A stretch of DNA of 64,000 nucleotides from Okamejei kenojei (lineage: Eukaryota). The DNA lies in NCBI GenBank assembly GCA_035221665.1, contig CM069160.1, forward strand, positions 15,252,001 to 15,316,000, given 5' to 3'. This document shows positions 47,716 through 59,938 of this stretch, piece by piece. Numbering within the stretch: the stretch's first letter is position 1; every line of letters begins with the position of its first letter. Both the position numbers and the translations under genes were made by a program. The notes beneath the pieces were generated by a model. It was not told the origin of the DNA. It was given only the letters and a program-made list of their open reading frames with translations, and did no database searches.

Positions 47716-50340
47716 GAAACAGGGTGGACCACATGAAGGTTGCAATCATCCACTCCAATGCATCACACTCTCCCTCTTCAGTCCCCTAGTCCTCCATTAT
47801 CCCCCCTCTCCCCACCCTCCACCAACCCTCCTCTGCTTCCTCCCCTCACCCCCACCCTCCCCTCCTCCCTTTTCCCCCTCCCCTCCTCCATTACCTCGCC
47901 ATCCCCCTTCCCTACCCCTACCTCCTCCATTCCCCCTCATCCCCAGCACTCCCATCCTCCCTCTTCTTTCCCCTCTTCTCTCCTCCTCCACTCCCTCCTC
48001 ACCTCTCCCTCCCTCTCCTTTCCCCAACCTCAGTCCCTCCCTCCCTCCATAACCCCTCTACCCTCCCTAACCCCTCCTCTTTCCTGCAATGCCCCTGCCC
48101 CCCCACTCTCACCTCCCCCATATCCCACCCCCCGCCCCCCCACAATGAAAATCACGATGATTTTTGTAAATTAAACCTGAAGAATTTGATTAAAATTGAG
48201 TTTTTTTATGTAAATGTGATTCGGGAACAATTGTGACGTCATTGTGATGACGTCGAACGCTGCCAANNNNNNNNNNNNNNNNNNNNNNNNNNNNNNNNNN
48301 NNNNNNNNNNNNNNNNNNNNNNNNNNNNNNNNNNNNNNNNNNNNNNNNNNNNNNNNNNNNNNNNNNNNNNNNNNNNNNNNNNNNNNNNNNNNNNNNNNNN
48401 NNNNNNNNNNNNNNNNNNNNNNNNNNNNNNNNNNNNNNNNNNNNNNNNNNNNNNNNNNNNNNNNNNNNNNNNNNNNNNNNNNNNNNNNNNNNNNNNNNNN
48501 NNNNNNNNNNNNNNNNNNNNNNNNNNNNNNNNNNNNNNNNNNNNNNNNNNNNNNNNNNNNNNNNNNNNNNNNNNNNNNNNNNNNNNNNNNNNNNNNNNNN
48601 NNNNNNNNNNNNNNNNNNNNNNNNNNTTAGTTTAGTTTAGAGATACAGCGCGAAGTAGACCCTTCGGCCCACCGGGCCCGCGCCGACCAGCGATCCCCCC
48701 ACACTAACACCACCCTACAACCCACTTCGGACAATTTTTGCATTTACCAAGCCAATTAACCTCCAAACCTGTACGACTTTGGAGTGCGGGAGGAAACCGA
48801 AGATCTCGAAGAAAACACACGCAGAGCATGGGAGAACGTGCAAACTCCGTACAGACAGCAGCCGTATTCTGGATTGTACCCGGGCCTCCAGCGCTGTGAG
48901 GCAGCAACTCTACCGCTGCGCCGCCGTGATCAGCCGTGATTGAATGGCAGAGTAGACTAGATGGGCCGAATGGCCTAATTCTGCTCCTATCACTTATGAC
49001 TTGCCGCACCTACCTCCTCTGGCAGCTTGTTCCACTCACCCACCATTCTATGTGTGCATAAAGTTGCCCTTCAGGTTCCTGTTACTTGTTGACCCTCTCA
49101 ACGTCAACCTAAGGGTGGCACGGTGGCGCAGCGGTAGAGTTGCTGCCTCACAGCGCCGGAGATCTGGTTCGATCCTGACCCACTGGAGCTGTCTGTGCGG
49201 AGTTTGCATGTTCTCCCCGGGACCTGCTTGGGATTTCACCGGGTGTTCGAAAATATTTACGCCGCTCCATTACAAGATGAATGCGTAACTCCATAGCTGT
49301 TTGGAATATGATGAGCATGCATTCAGGGTCTTGAATAGATTCAGCCGGAACAATCTGGACATCAGCAGCATTGAACTGGGCCGGTTGATCATGAAATCTT
49401 CTGGCACATCGAGCAGCCTCTGTGCCTGCCCGGTGAAGGAGAATAGAGGCACGGACATCCGGAGCGACTGCAGCGTGCAACGCATGCACATACACAGTGA
49501 AATCTTCATCAAAGATGCCCCATCGCCCGGCGAGGTCGCCGTCAAACACCAAAGGCTCTGGTTTGTGAAGTGCTGACGCCATGGTAAACGCACAAACTGG
49601 ACACAAAAACAAACTAAAATAAAGGTAAAATGACTTGCAGTTGTATTGGGCTCTGGTGAGACCACATCTGGAGTATTGTGCACAGTTCTGGTCTCCTAAT
49701 TTGAGGAAGGCCATCCTTGTGATTGAGGCAGTGCAGCGTAGGTTCACGAGATTGATCCATGGGATGGTGGGACTGTCATATGAGGAAAGATTGAAAGGAC
49801 TAGGCTTGTATTCACTGGAGTTTAGAAGGATGGGGGTGGGGGGGGGGGGGGATCTTATAGAAACATATAAAAATTATAAAGGACTGGACAAGCTAGATGC
49901 AGGAAAAATGTTCCCAATGTTGGGCGAGTCCAGAACCAGGGGCCACAGTCTTAGAAAAAGGGGCAGTGCCATTTAAGACCGAGGTGAGAAAAACGTTTTC
50001 ACCCAGAGGGTTGTGAATTTGTGGAATTCCCTGCCACAGAGGGCAGTGGGGGCCAAATCACGGGATGGATTTAAGAGAGAGTTAGGTAGAGCTCTAGGGG
50101 CTAATTGAATCAAGGGATATGGGGGGAAGGCAGGCACGGGTTATTGATTGGGGACGATCAGCCATGATCACAATGAATGGCGGTGCTGGCTCGAAGGGCC
50201 GAATGTCCCTCCTCCTGCACCTATTTTCTATGTTTCTATGTTTCTATGACTAGGCGATGAGCGAGTTCGAATTTTCTGACACCAGGTTTAATAAAGATCA
50301 GACTGACACAAAGTGATTAGAATCCATAGTATTTTATTAG

Positions 50341-50459
50341 TAGGGTACACAAAAAAGCTGGAGAAAACTCAGCGGGTGCAGCAGCATCTAAGGAGCGAAG
50401 GAGATAGGCGACGTTTTCGGGTCGAGACCCTTCTTCAGACCCGAAACGTCCTTTTATTT
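50341..50459 (-). mobile_element. Short Penelope-derived insertion with a 15-bp TSD, absent from copy A
   Basis: atagtattttattag at 50326-50340 and 50460-50474; single copy at ~5559-5573. Confidence 0.85.
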
Positions 50460-53090
50460 ATAGTATTTTATTAGCAACTCTGCAGAGGTAACCCAAAGAG
50501 CTTTCATCGCAGCATGCATACTGTCTAACAGAGAGAGAGAGAGAGAGAGAGAGCTCTCTGATAAGCCTGTGGGCGGAGCCACAGTATGAGTGACACTAAT
50601 CTACACTCCCACACACCAAAGACGTGCAGGTTTGTAGGTTAATTGGCTTCTGTAAAATTGTAAATTGTGCCCAGTGTGTAGGATAGCGCTGGTGTACAGG
50701 GATCGCTGGTCGGTGTGGACTCGGTCAGCCGACGGGCTGTATCACTAAGCCAAACACTAAACTATTCTCGGGTACACAAAAAGCTGGAGAAACTCAGCGG
50801 GTGCTAAAACTATGCCCACTGGTTCTTGGTACTCCTGCCGAGTGAAAGATATACCCTATCAATATCCCAGATGGTGTTGTACACCTCTATAAGATCACCC
50901 CTCAGCCTCCTGCGCTCCATAGAATGGAGTCCTAGGCAGCCCAGCCTCTCCCTGTAGCTCAGGCCCTCAGGTCCTGGCAAGGTCCATGTAACACAAATAC
51001 AATGAACCTATTTACCGTTACGTCTAATCACTTGTTCAACGCTGTGGGAATTTTTACTTCTGCAATCGCATCAGACGGTGTGTGTGTGTGTGTGTCAGAG
51101 ATTGCAACAATTGGTCGTCCCACCCACCGTCAATAATTCTTCCCCGAATCGCCCAAACTTATTGATTAAACATTTGCCCTGCTTGTTTTTGCCGAGGAAC
51201 ACGTTGTCACTCGATGCAGTGATAAAAGCTGTGTCAGTGTCAGTGTGTCTGCGTGTGTGTGTGTGCGTTGCGCGCGTGTGTGTGTAATGAGCGTGTGTGT
51301 GTATGAGCGTGTGTGTGTATGAGCTTGTGTGTGTGTGTGAATGTGTGTGTGCACGCGTGTGTGTGTCGGTGANNNNNNNNNNNNNNNNNNNNNNNNNNNN
51401 NNNNNNNNNNNNNNNNNNNNNNNNNNNNNNNNNNNNNNNNNNNNNNNNNNNNNNNNNNNNNNNNNNNNNNNNNNNNNNNNNNNNNNNNNNNNNNNNNNNN
51501 NNNNNNNNNNNNNNNNNNNNNNNNNNNNNNNNNNNNNNNNNNNNNNNNNNNNNNNNNNNNNNNNNNNNNNNNNNNNNNNNNNNNNNNNNNNNNNNNNNNN
51601 NNNNNNNNNNNNNNNNNNNNNNNNNNNNNNNNNNNNNNNNNNNNNNNNNNNNNNNNNNNNNNNNNNNNNNNNNNNNNNNNNNNNNNNNTGGGTTAGTGGC
51701 TGAACTACGTGTTCTGCTGCGAATTCGAGCGCGTGGTTCAGCAGACCGTGTGAACGACTGTATGTATTTCTGACATTGCGAATGAGTCTGTATTAATAAC
51801 ATCGCATCCGTGTCAGAGACGGCTGTGAATATGTCTGTTCTGTCAGAATATCCGACAATCATTTGTGGTTTGTTAGAATTTACCCACAGTGTCTGAATGC
51901 ATGTGGACATTAGCTAATGTACTTCAATGTGTGACTGTGTGTGTGTGTGGGGGGGGGGGGGGGGGGATGCTTCGGGTGGACGCCCTTCTTCACATTTGCA
52001 GATTCTGAAGTGTCCCGACCACAGAGGTCGCCTATCCTCCTTCCTCCAGAGATGCTGCCTGACCCGCTGAGTTACTCCAGCACTCTGTGAAACGTCACCT
52101 ATCCATGTTCTCCACAGATGCTGCCTGACCCACCCGCTGAGTTACTCCAGCACTCTGTGTCTATCTTTAGTATAAACCAGCATCTGCAATTCTTTATGTG
52201 CAGGAAGGAACTGCAGATGCTGACTTACACTGAAAAGACGCCACTCCAGCACCCTGTGTCCCCTGTTTCCACTCCTACCGTGGCCCTGTTTCCGCGCTAT
52301 ATATCGCTCTAATAATACTCTCGCTTAAAGATCAGAAATAGCCACTTCTGACTTCGGCTGCTCGCTAGCGCGCTCGGCCTGATCTGTTCACGCTGACATG
52401 AAAATACCAGTGCTAGTCCTTTAAACCGCGACCCCAAGCGCCACGAAGTCTACTTATTGTTGTACAGGCGGTCAGAGAGAGGGAGAGGGAGAGAGAGAGA
52501 GAGGTAGAGAGGAGAGAGAGAGAGAGAGAGGGAGGTAGAGAGAGAGAGGGAGAGAGAGCGAGAGAGCGCTTCCTAGTTCAGTTGAGAGATACAGCGTGGA
52601 AACAGGTCCCTCGTGTTATCCCGCTTTCTCGACCACTATCTTCTCACTGGGGCAATTTTACAGCAGGGACAATTAACCTACAAGCCGCTCGTGTTGTGTG
52701 ATGTGAGATTGATGGAGAGATGAGAGAGGGGAGGTTGGAGAGAGGACGCAAAGTCAGTTGGCATCTACAAGGGAGACGGATTTGAGCCGCGACCAGGAGA
52801 TACAAGGTACATCCAGCAAGACTTGATCGCTTGCAGGGGAGAGAAAGACTCACAACTCTACAAAGGTAGACTTTAGAATTACATCTGTACTGTATTCATT
52901 GTGTGGCTGTATCTCGGAGACACAAAAGACTGCCGAACCCCCGGAATCTTTATGCGAGACACGCTGGCGCAGCGGTAGAGTTGCCGCCTCACGGCGCCAC
53001 AGACCCGGGTTCAATCCTGAGACCACGGGCGCTGTCTTGCTCGGAGTTTGCTCGTTCTCTCCCAGTGACCCGCATGGGTTTACTCCGGTG

Positions 53091-53631
53091 CACAAAAAGC
53101 TGGAGAAAGAAACTCAGCGGTGCAGCAGCATCTAAGGAGCGAAGGAGATAGGCGACGTTTCGGGTCGAGTACCCTTCTTCAGACTGGTCAGGGATCATAT
53201 TCCGCTTGGGAGTCTGCATCCTTTGGGCTTGAATATTGAATTTTTCTCAATTCTGGTTAACCTTGCTGTCTCCTCCCCTTCCCACCTCTCCCTCAGCCCT
53301 CGGGCCCTGGCATTCCCTCTCTCTCTATCTCCCTCCCCCACCCCAGTCGCACCAGCTTCTCATTTTCACACCACAAACAGCTTACAATGGCTTGTTCCCT
53401 TTAATCACCGATACTTTTTTGCATATCTTTCACTCATTGTTCCTTATCTCTCACATCACTGTCTATATCTCTCGTTTCCCTGATCCCTGACCAGTCTGAA
53501 GAAGGGGTCTCGACCCGAAACGACGTCCGCCTATCTCCTTCGCTCCTTAGATGCTGCTGCACTCGATGTAGTTTCTCCAGCTTTTTGTGTACCCTCGGAT
53601 TCTTCAGCATCTGCAGTTCCTTCTTTAAAAC
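53091..53631 (+). mobile_element. Penelope-derived insertion with inverted 5' pLTR and a ~12-bp TSD, absent from copy A
   Basis: tttactccgg(g)tg on both sides; IFRLGSLHP.GLNIEFSQF relic; hammerhead-like cores at ~53153-53183 (-) and ~53496-53525 (+). Confidence 0.82.
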
Positions 53632-56600
53632 TTTACTCCGGGTGCCCCGGTTTCCCCCCACACACTCCTAAGACGTAGTGATTTGTGGGTTTAATTGGCT
53701 TGGTAAAATTGTAAATCGACCTTAGTGTGCTGGTGTAGCGGGGGTGATCGTGTGGGTAGATAGTGTTGGTGTGCGAGGTGGTGTGGGCCGAGGGCCTGTT
53801 TCCGCGCTGGTTTTTTTTTTTTTTTAAATCTCTCAAACTAAAAACAAACTAAATTACTCTAGAATGCACCCCAATATTCACGGTTACAATACTTAAAACT
53901 TTAATAATAAAATATCATTTTATAACGCAGATATGAGTGTATTATTAAATATTTACAAAATCACAACTTCGCATACCGAATCTATTAAACTTATAAAAAG
54001 AATTTGGTTCCTTTTTCAGGATATAGAATAATTGGAATAAAAGCGAAAATAATGACGATAAAACACATCTTTTAAAATACCCTTTTAGAATTGCTACAGA
54101 AAAAGATTTAAATACTTGGTATTCAAATTACCAGAAAATATAAACTCTATTTAACGCAAATTATCTGCCCTTACTTACTAAAATTACAAACACTCGATCC
54201 AATTTTGGGAGGGGAAACACTACCGATGTCTTTAATAGGCAGAATAAATGCCATTAAAATAGCTTTTTCTTCCACACAAATACTCTATTTATTCCAAGCA
54301 ATACCTACATATAAACCTTAAAAACTTATTTAAAAAAATGATTCATACATTACAAATTTCATGTGGGGACTATAAATCCCATAGAATTCAAAGAATACAT
54401 TTATGAATGATGGTGGACACACACTTCCCAATTTTACGTACTCTACTATTCGGCAGTGAACATTAAAAAATATAATGTACTGGTTGGATAGTTCATCACA
54501 ACAGACAGAATGGACAATTTGGTGAAGGAGGATTGCATTCCTATTTAACATAGGAGCGATTCTTTTTTTCCGCTCAATAAAAATTGAAGAACACAAATAT
54601 AAGAGAACCCCGATGATTCACAGCACAATACGAATTTGGGACAAATAAAATCCTCCCTTAAATTAAGAAATCATTCGCTTCTCTCATCGACAGCTAACAA
54701 CCCGGCGTTTGAGCCATCGACTATTGACAAAACGTTCACGCTCTGGGAACGATTTAGGAATTAAGACTTGGGAAGATTTGTATGAAGAGGGAAAATGTTT
54801 ACAATTCCAAGACTTACAGCTTAAATACTCAATTTGGAAAACAATCAATAATTTTAGATACTATACAAACCCGAGATTATGTGAAAAAACACTCACCAAT
54901 GATCAAAATTTGAAGTTGGATCTCCTAGAGAGCAAGTGGCATGAATAGAGACAAGTAGAATTGGATCATTTAACATCATATTTTTATAATACTAGTCTAA
55001 ATATAGATATCCTCGACAGAAGGTATAAGAAGAAAATTGGAATCAAGATTTTCTATAGAAATTCCCAAGGACAGATGGGAAGACTATATGTCATATGTAT
55101 ATAAATGTTCGAATAACGTTAGACATACACTGATCCAATTTAAAATTGTTGTACACAGATTATATTACTCAAAAACAAAAACTAAATAAAAATATTTCCA
55201 AACGTCTCGCCCTTCTGTGATAAGTGCCTAAACTAACGAGGCAACAATAGCCACACTCATTTGTTCCCATGTGCAAAACTTCAGTATTTTTGAAGGACAA
55301 TCGCGCGCGGTTTGAAAGCTTTTTCAAAAATATTTAAATTAAGACTGGACCCAAACACAGAAATTAATTCGTTCTTCGGAAGCTAGGGAAGCCTGCTCTG
55401 AACTAACCATATTTCAAATGTTTCCTAAACTAATGTTTAATAACGGCATAAAAAAATCATATGCTTAAAAAATTCTGGGAAAAACGCTCCTATCCCAACA
55501 TTTAAAATGTGGATCACAAATATGTCGGAAATATTACATCTCGAGGAAAATGAGACTCGTTCTAGTAGGAACAAAGAACATTTCTTAAGAATATGGTCAC
55601 CTTTTTAATGATTTGTTAGAAGTATAATATGGTGTCAGCATAACCCCTAGTAATTATTGTTTAAGAACTAGTGATGGGTGTGAATGTTATGGGTTAGGCA
55701 CATTCCATTTCTTTTTTCTTTAGCTCTACCTTCTTTGGATGTTTTACTTATTTCCTTTCCCTTCTTAAGGCCCTCTTCTCTTTGGGGCCTTGTTTTTTTT
55801 TTCTTTTTTCTTTCTTTTCTTTCTGTTGTTCACATTCTCAAGCACGCAGTCTACTTGACCATCACCATTCATCTAACGCCAACCGCTGCGGACTACACTT
55901 CACCACTATTCTCATTCTTCTCTTCTTTCTCTTTTGTTTTTTTTCTATTATAGGTTAAAGTGTATAACATTAAAAAAAAAAGAGAAGTTGTACACGAAAT
56001 GTATTATGTTGCATATCTCGATTCAGATGTATGTACAATGCTTCTAACAAAAAATAATAATAAATAAAACATTTTAAACGAAATACTCTTGGAAAGGGCC
56101 AGTCCGTCGACATGGGCCAATGCATCGACTGCCCGATCCCTGACCGTGAATGGCCGCTTTGGACAGGCCGGTAGCGATTACAAAACCCAAGTTTAGTTCA
56201 GACATAACAACTCGGAAAACAGGCCTTTCAGCCCACCGAGGCCGCGCCGACCAGCGATTCCCCGCACACCAACACTACCCTACACACACACTGGGGACAG
56301 TGTGCATTTCTCACAAGCCAATTAACCCACGAGCCGATGGGTCTTTGGAGTGTGGGCGGAAACCGGAGATCCCGGAGATAAATCCACCGCCCGGTCCCAA
56401 ACCGCGGGCAAACCGCAGTCGGGATGGAACCCGGGTCTCTGGCGCTGCGAAGGCCGCGACTCCACCGCCTCAGTTGGGGGTGACGGAGAATACAAATCAC
56501 AATTACATCATTCCCAGCATTTTGCAGGTCGGGTCGCGAATGGTTCATCCGGGATGGGGGGGGGGGGGTGGGTGGGGGGGGGTGGGGTGGGGGGCTCGGG

Positions 56601-56661
56601 GGGGGATGGGCGTGGAGCTGGTCGCTGAATTTTCCATTTTCCCTGTGTGGTTAATCCAGTG

Positions 56662-56710
56662 ATGGTGGGGCCCTGGCGCCATTGTTGGATCACCTGTCTG
56701 TGGCCGCGGG
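56662..56710 (+). CDS. Leader exon, copy B (indels as assembled)
   Basis: atggtggggccctggcgccattgttggatcacctgtctgtggccgcggg|gtgagt, homologous to 10706-10751. Confidence 0.6.
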
Positions 56711-58245
56711 GTGAGTTTTTCGGCTTTCTGTTTTCTCAGTGGGGGTCGCTCTTGGGAAGAGAGGGGAAGGAGGGAGGGGGGATGTGGTGAAAAAAACAAA
56801 AAAAAAAAAAAGGAAAAAGGGTGGCGAGGGTGGCGAGGGAAGAGGGCCGTGGAGCAGAGTGGGCAAATAGCGTTTTGCAACTGTCGTATTTAAGCTGGGT
56901 CATACCGTACACATTGGGCTAAATTGGTTGCCCCTTGTTCCGTTATTTGATGACACCCTGGAGTTTTGTGTGCAGGTTTTGGTCCCCTAATTTGTCGGAG
57001 TGCAGCTAAGGTTCACAAGATTAATTCCAGGGGATGTGGACTGCATCATGCTGAGAGATTGGAGCGGCTGTGGCTTGTAACTCTGGAGTTTAGAAGGATG
57101 AGAGGATATTTCATTTGAACATGTGTGATTGTTACAGGGTTTGGACACGCTAGAGGCAGGAAAATTTTCCCGATGTTGGGGGTCAGTCCAGAACCAGGGG
57201 CCAAGTTTAAGATTAAGGGATCAGCATTTAGGAACGGAGACGAGGAAACATTTTTCTCACAGAGAATTGTGAGTTGTGGAAATTCTCCTGCCTCAGTGGA
57301 GGTGTTCTCTGGATACTTTCACAGAGAGAGTTGGATAGGAGCTCTTAAAATACGTGAGTCAGGGGGATATGGGGTGAAGACTGAAGGGATGAGAGGTATG
57401 ATTGGGGATTGATCAGCCATTGATCACATTGGAATGAGCGTTGCTGGCTCGAGGGGCCGTATGCCTATCTCTGCACTATTGGTCTATTGTCTATTTTATA
57501 GTGGCCCAGTGCCAAATTGGAAGTGCTGCACCTAATATTTGCTTGGGCAGTGTATAACCCCGCAGTTTGAACTATGACTTTCATCTAACTTCAGATAGCT
57601 CTTGATTTGCTCTCTCATCCCTCCCCCTTCCCAGTTGTCCCCAGTTCTGACTGCCTCCGTTACATTCTATCTCTGTCCCGGCCTCCTCCCTGGCACCAGT
57701 CTGAAGAAGGGTCTCGACCCGAAACGTTGCCCTTGCCTTCTCTCAGGAGATGCTGCCTGTCCCGCAGAGTTACACACAGATTTTGTACCCATGCCTTGGG
57801 ACAGGTACACCGATGGATGTTTGTTGGGATATGGGCCAGGTAGGGCTAGTGTAGATGCCGGCAAGTTGGTGTGTAATCTCTCTTCTCAGTCCTGTGGATT
57901 CTCTGGATGCTTTCAGGAGAGAGCTAGAATAGGGCTCTTAAATAGGTTCTACCTGACCTATTGTCTATTGTTGTCGGTTTAGGTGGGCTAGTTCGGGCTG
58001 GGCGGGGGGAGGCTGTTTCCACGCTGTGGGGGGGGGGGGGGGGGGCTGTATTCCACGCTGTGTCACTCTGTGACTCGTAACAGAGGACACAAAGTGCTGG
58101 GACCCGCTTCGCCCATCAGCGGGCGGTTCTGCATCTCGGGGCCTCCGCCCACATGGACAGGCTACGTCTCTGGTCGGGCCCGTGAGGGGACCGTGTAACC
58201 AGGCGGGTCCCAAGTAACTACCGTAGACATTGCTTGCCGCCCGAG

Positions 58246-58316
58246 GTGTTCGTGCTGAGAAGATCGCGGTCATTCAGGAACACGTCCCCCATTGTTGCAT
58301 TGAAGGTGACCACGGT
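58246..58316 (+). CDS. 5' part of exon V1a, copy B (cut by gap, low quality)
   Basis: gctgagaagatcgcggtcattcagg..gaaggtgac matches the 12217 exon. Confidence 0.6.
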
Positions 58317-59604
58317 NNNNNNNNNNNNNNNNNNNNNNNNNNNNNNNNNNNNNNNNNNNNNNNNNNNNNNNNNNNNNNNNNNNNNNNNNNNNNNNNNNNN
58401 NNNNNNNNNNNNNNNNNNNNNNNNNNNNNNNNNNNNNNNNNNNNNNNNNNNNNNNNNNNNNNNNNNNNNNNNNNNNNNNNNNNNNNNNNNNNNNNNNNNN
58501 NNNNNNNNNNNNNNNNNNNNNNNNNNNNNNNNNNNNNNNNNNNNNNNNNNNNNNNNNNNNNNNNNNNNNNNNNNNNNNNNNNNNNNNNNNNNNNNNNNNN
58601 NNNNNNNNNNNNNNNNNNNNNNNNNNNNNNNNNNNNNNNNNNNNNNNNNNNNNNNNNNNNNNNNNNNNNNNNNNNNNNNNNNNNNNNNNNNNNNNNNNNN
58701 NNNNNNNNNNNNNNNNNNNNNNNNNNNNNNNNNNNNNNNNNNNNNNNNNNNNNNNNNNNNNNNNNNNNNNNNNNNNNNNNNNNNNNNNNNNNNNNNNNNN
58801 NNNNNNNNNNNNNNNNATACTGGGTTGTGTTGGGGTTTGTGTATGGGGGGTGAGAAGGTGGTATTAGGAAGGAGGTAGAAGGTGGGGATGGTGTAGGGGG
58901 GGTATGAAGGGGAATAGGGGTAGAGAGGATAAGAGTGTGAGTGTGATTGGGGTTATTGTATTGTGGTCTGAGGGGCAAGAATAAGAGAATTTAGGGTATG
59001 GCATTCTTATCGTGATGAACGGGGTTATGAGGGGGAGGTAGGGGTAATGAGTGGGGTTGTTCAGAAATGATGACATTGTATGTTGGTGCTAGCTACGAAG
59101 GCCAATGGCCTACCCGGCACCTATTTATACTATCTCCTAGATGCCAACTTTCCCTAGTCCAAATAAGTCAAAAATTGGAACATATTCCCGTCGCAATCCT
59201 TGAACCGACTCGGCCGTGGCTGGGTGAATGATGATTGGCCCGGTGCTGGACTGCACACAAAGCCTCGAACATGATAGACTTGACTTGACCCATGACTGAC
59301 TTGACATACTTGACATGACTTAGACTAACTTGACTAGACTTGACGTGACTTGACTAGACATGACTATACTTGACATGACTTGACGACTAGACATGACATT
59401 AGACTTGACTAGACTTGAACTAATTTACATGACTTGACTAGACTTGACATGACTTGACTAGACTTGACTAGGAACTTAACATGACTTGACATGACTTGAC
59501 TACTGACTTGACTAGACTTGACATGACTTGACTAGACTTGACTAGACTTGACATGACTTGACTTCTCCACGGACGCTGCCCGTATACACTGATAAACCAC
59601 TCAC

Positions 59605-59938
59605 CTGTCCCGTTCACTTCCAGACTCACGCCTTCTCCTTCTGCCTAACCGAGTCCCATTCTATCCGCACCTTGCAATAGTAATCTCCAGAATCACTCTG
59701 CCTCACATCCACCAGTTGTATAGAAGGGTTGAAAGAGTCATCTTGGATCGGCCCGATCACACGGCCTGCATACTCCTGAGTTTCATTGGAGACTTGTATT
59801 GCCATCCTTGTGCCAGCTGTACTCGCTGGCACCTCTATAGCGATTGGCATTGTGGTACAGCTCATGAGGACAGCTTGTGCCCTCATCCGCGACTATTCTG
59901 GACTGGCCTTGCTTCACGTGAAGAACTGTTTCTTCCAG
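59605..59938 (-). CDS. Exon V2, second copy, with complete 3' end (indels as assembled)
   Basis: tttcgcag| acceptor; ...DSGDYYCKVRIE..AEGEGVSLEVNGT-G|gtgagt donor. Confidence 0.8.

Larger units (their letters stand above)
33424..47757 (-). mobile_element. Second Helitron-like element carrying satellite arrays, nested in the first
   Basis: Starts ccaaactaagtgggacccattggtccc (hairpin end resembling 2681 and 33220) right after gatcaa, which is an A|T site in the empty copy (gatcaa|tgtg, 2883); other end unclear. Confidence 0.5.
32915..58316 (+). repeat. Segmental duplication, copy B, with a 14.3-kb insertion at 33424-47757
   Basis: 32915-33423 matches 2374-2883; 47758 onward matches 2888 onward. 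Confidence 0.9.

Noticed and set aside
47740-48174. Pro/Ser-rich 144-aa ORF
   Set aside because: Translation of the C-rich low-complexity tract inside the Helitron-like repeat
58817-59060. G-rich stretch next to the gap
   Set aside because: Looks like a low-quality read end; no interpretable structure
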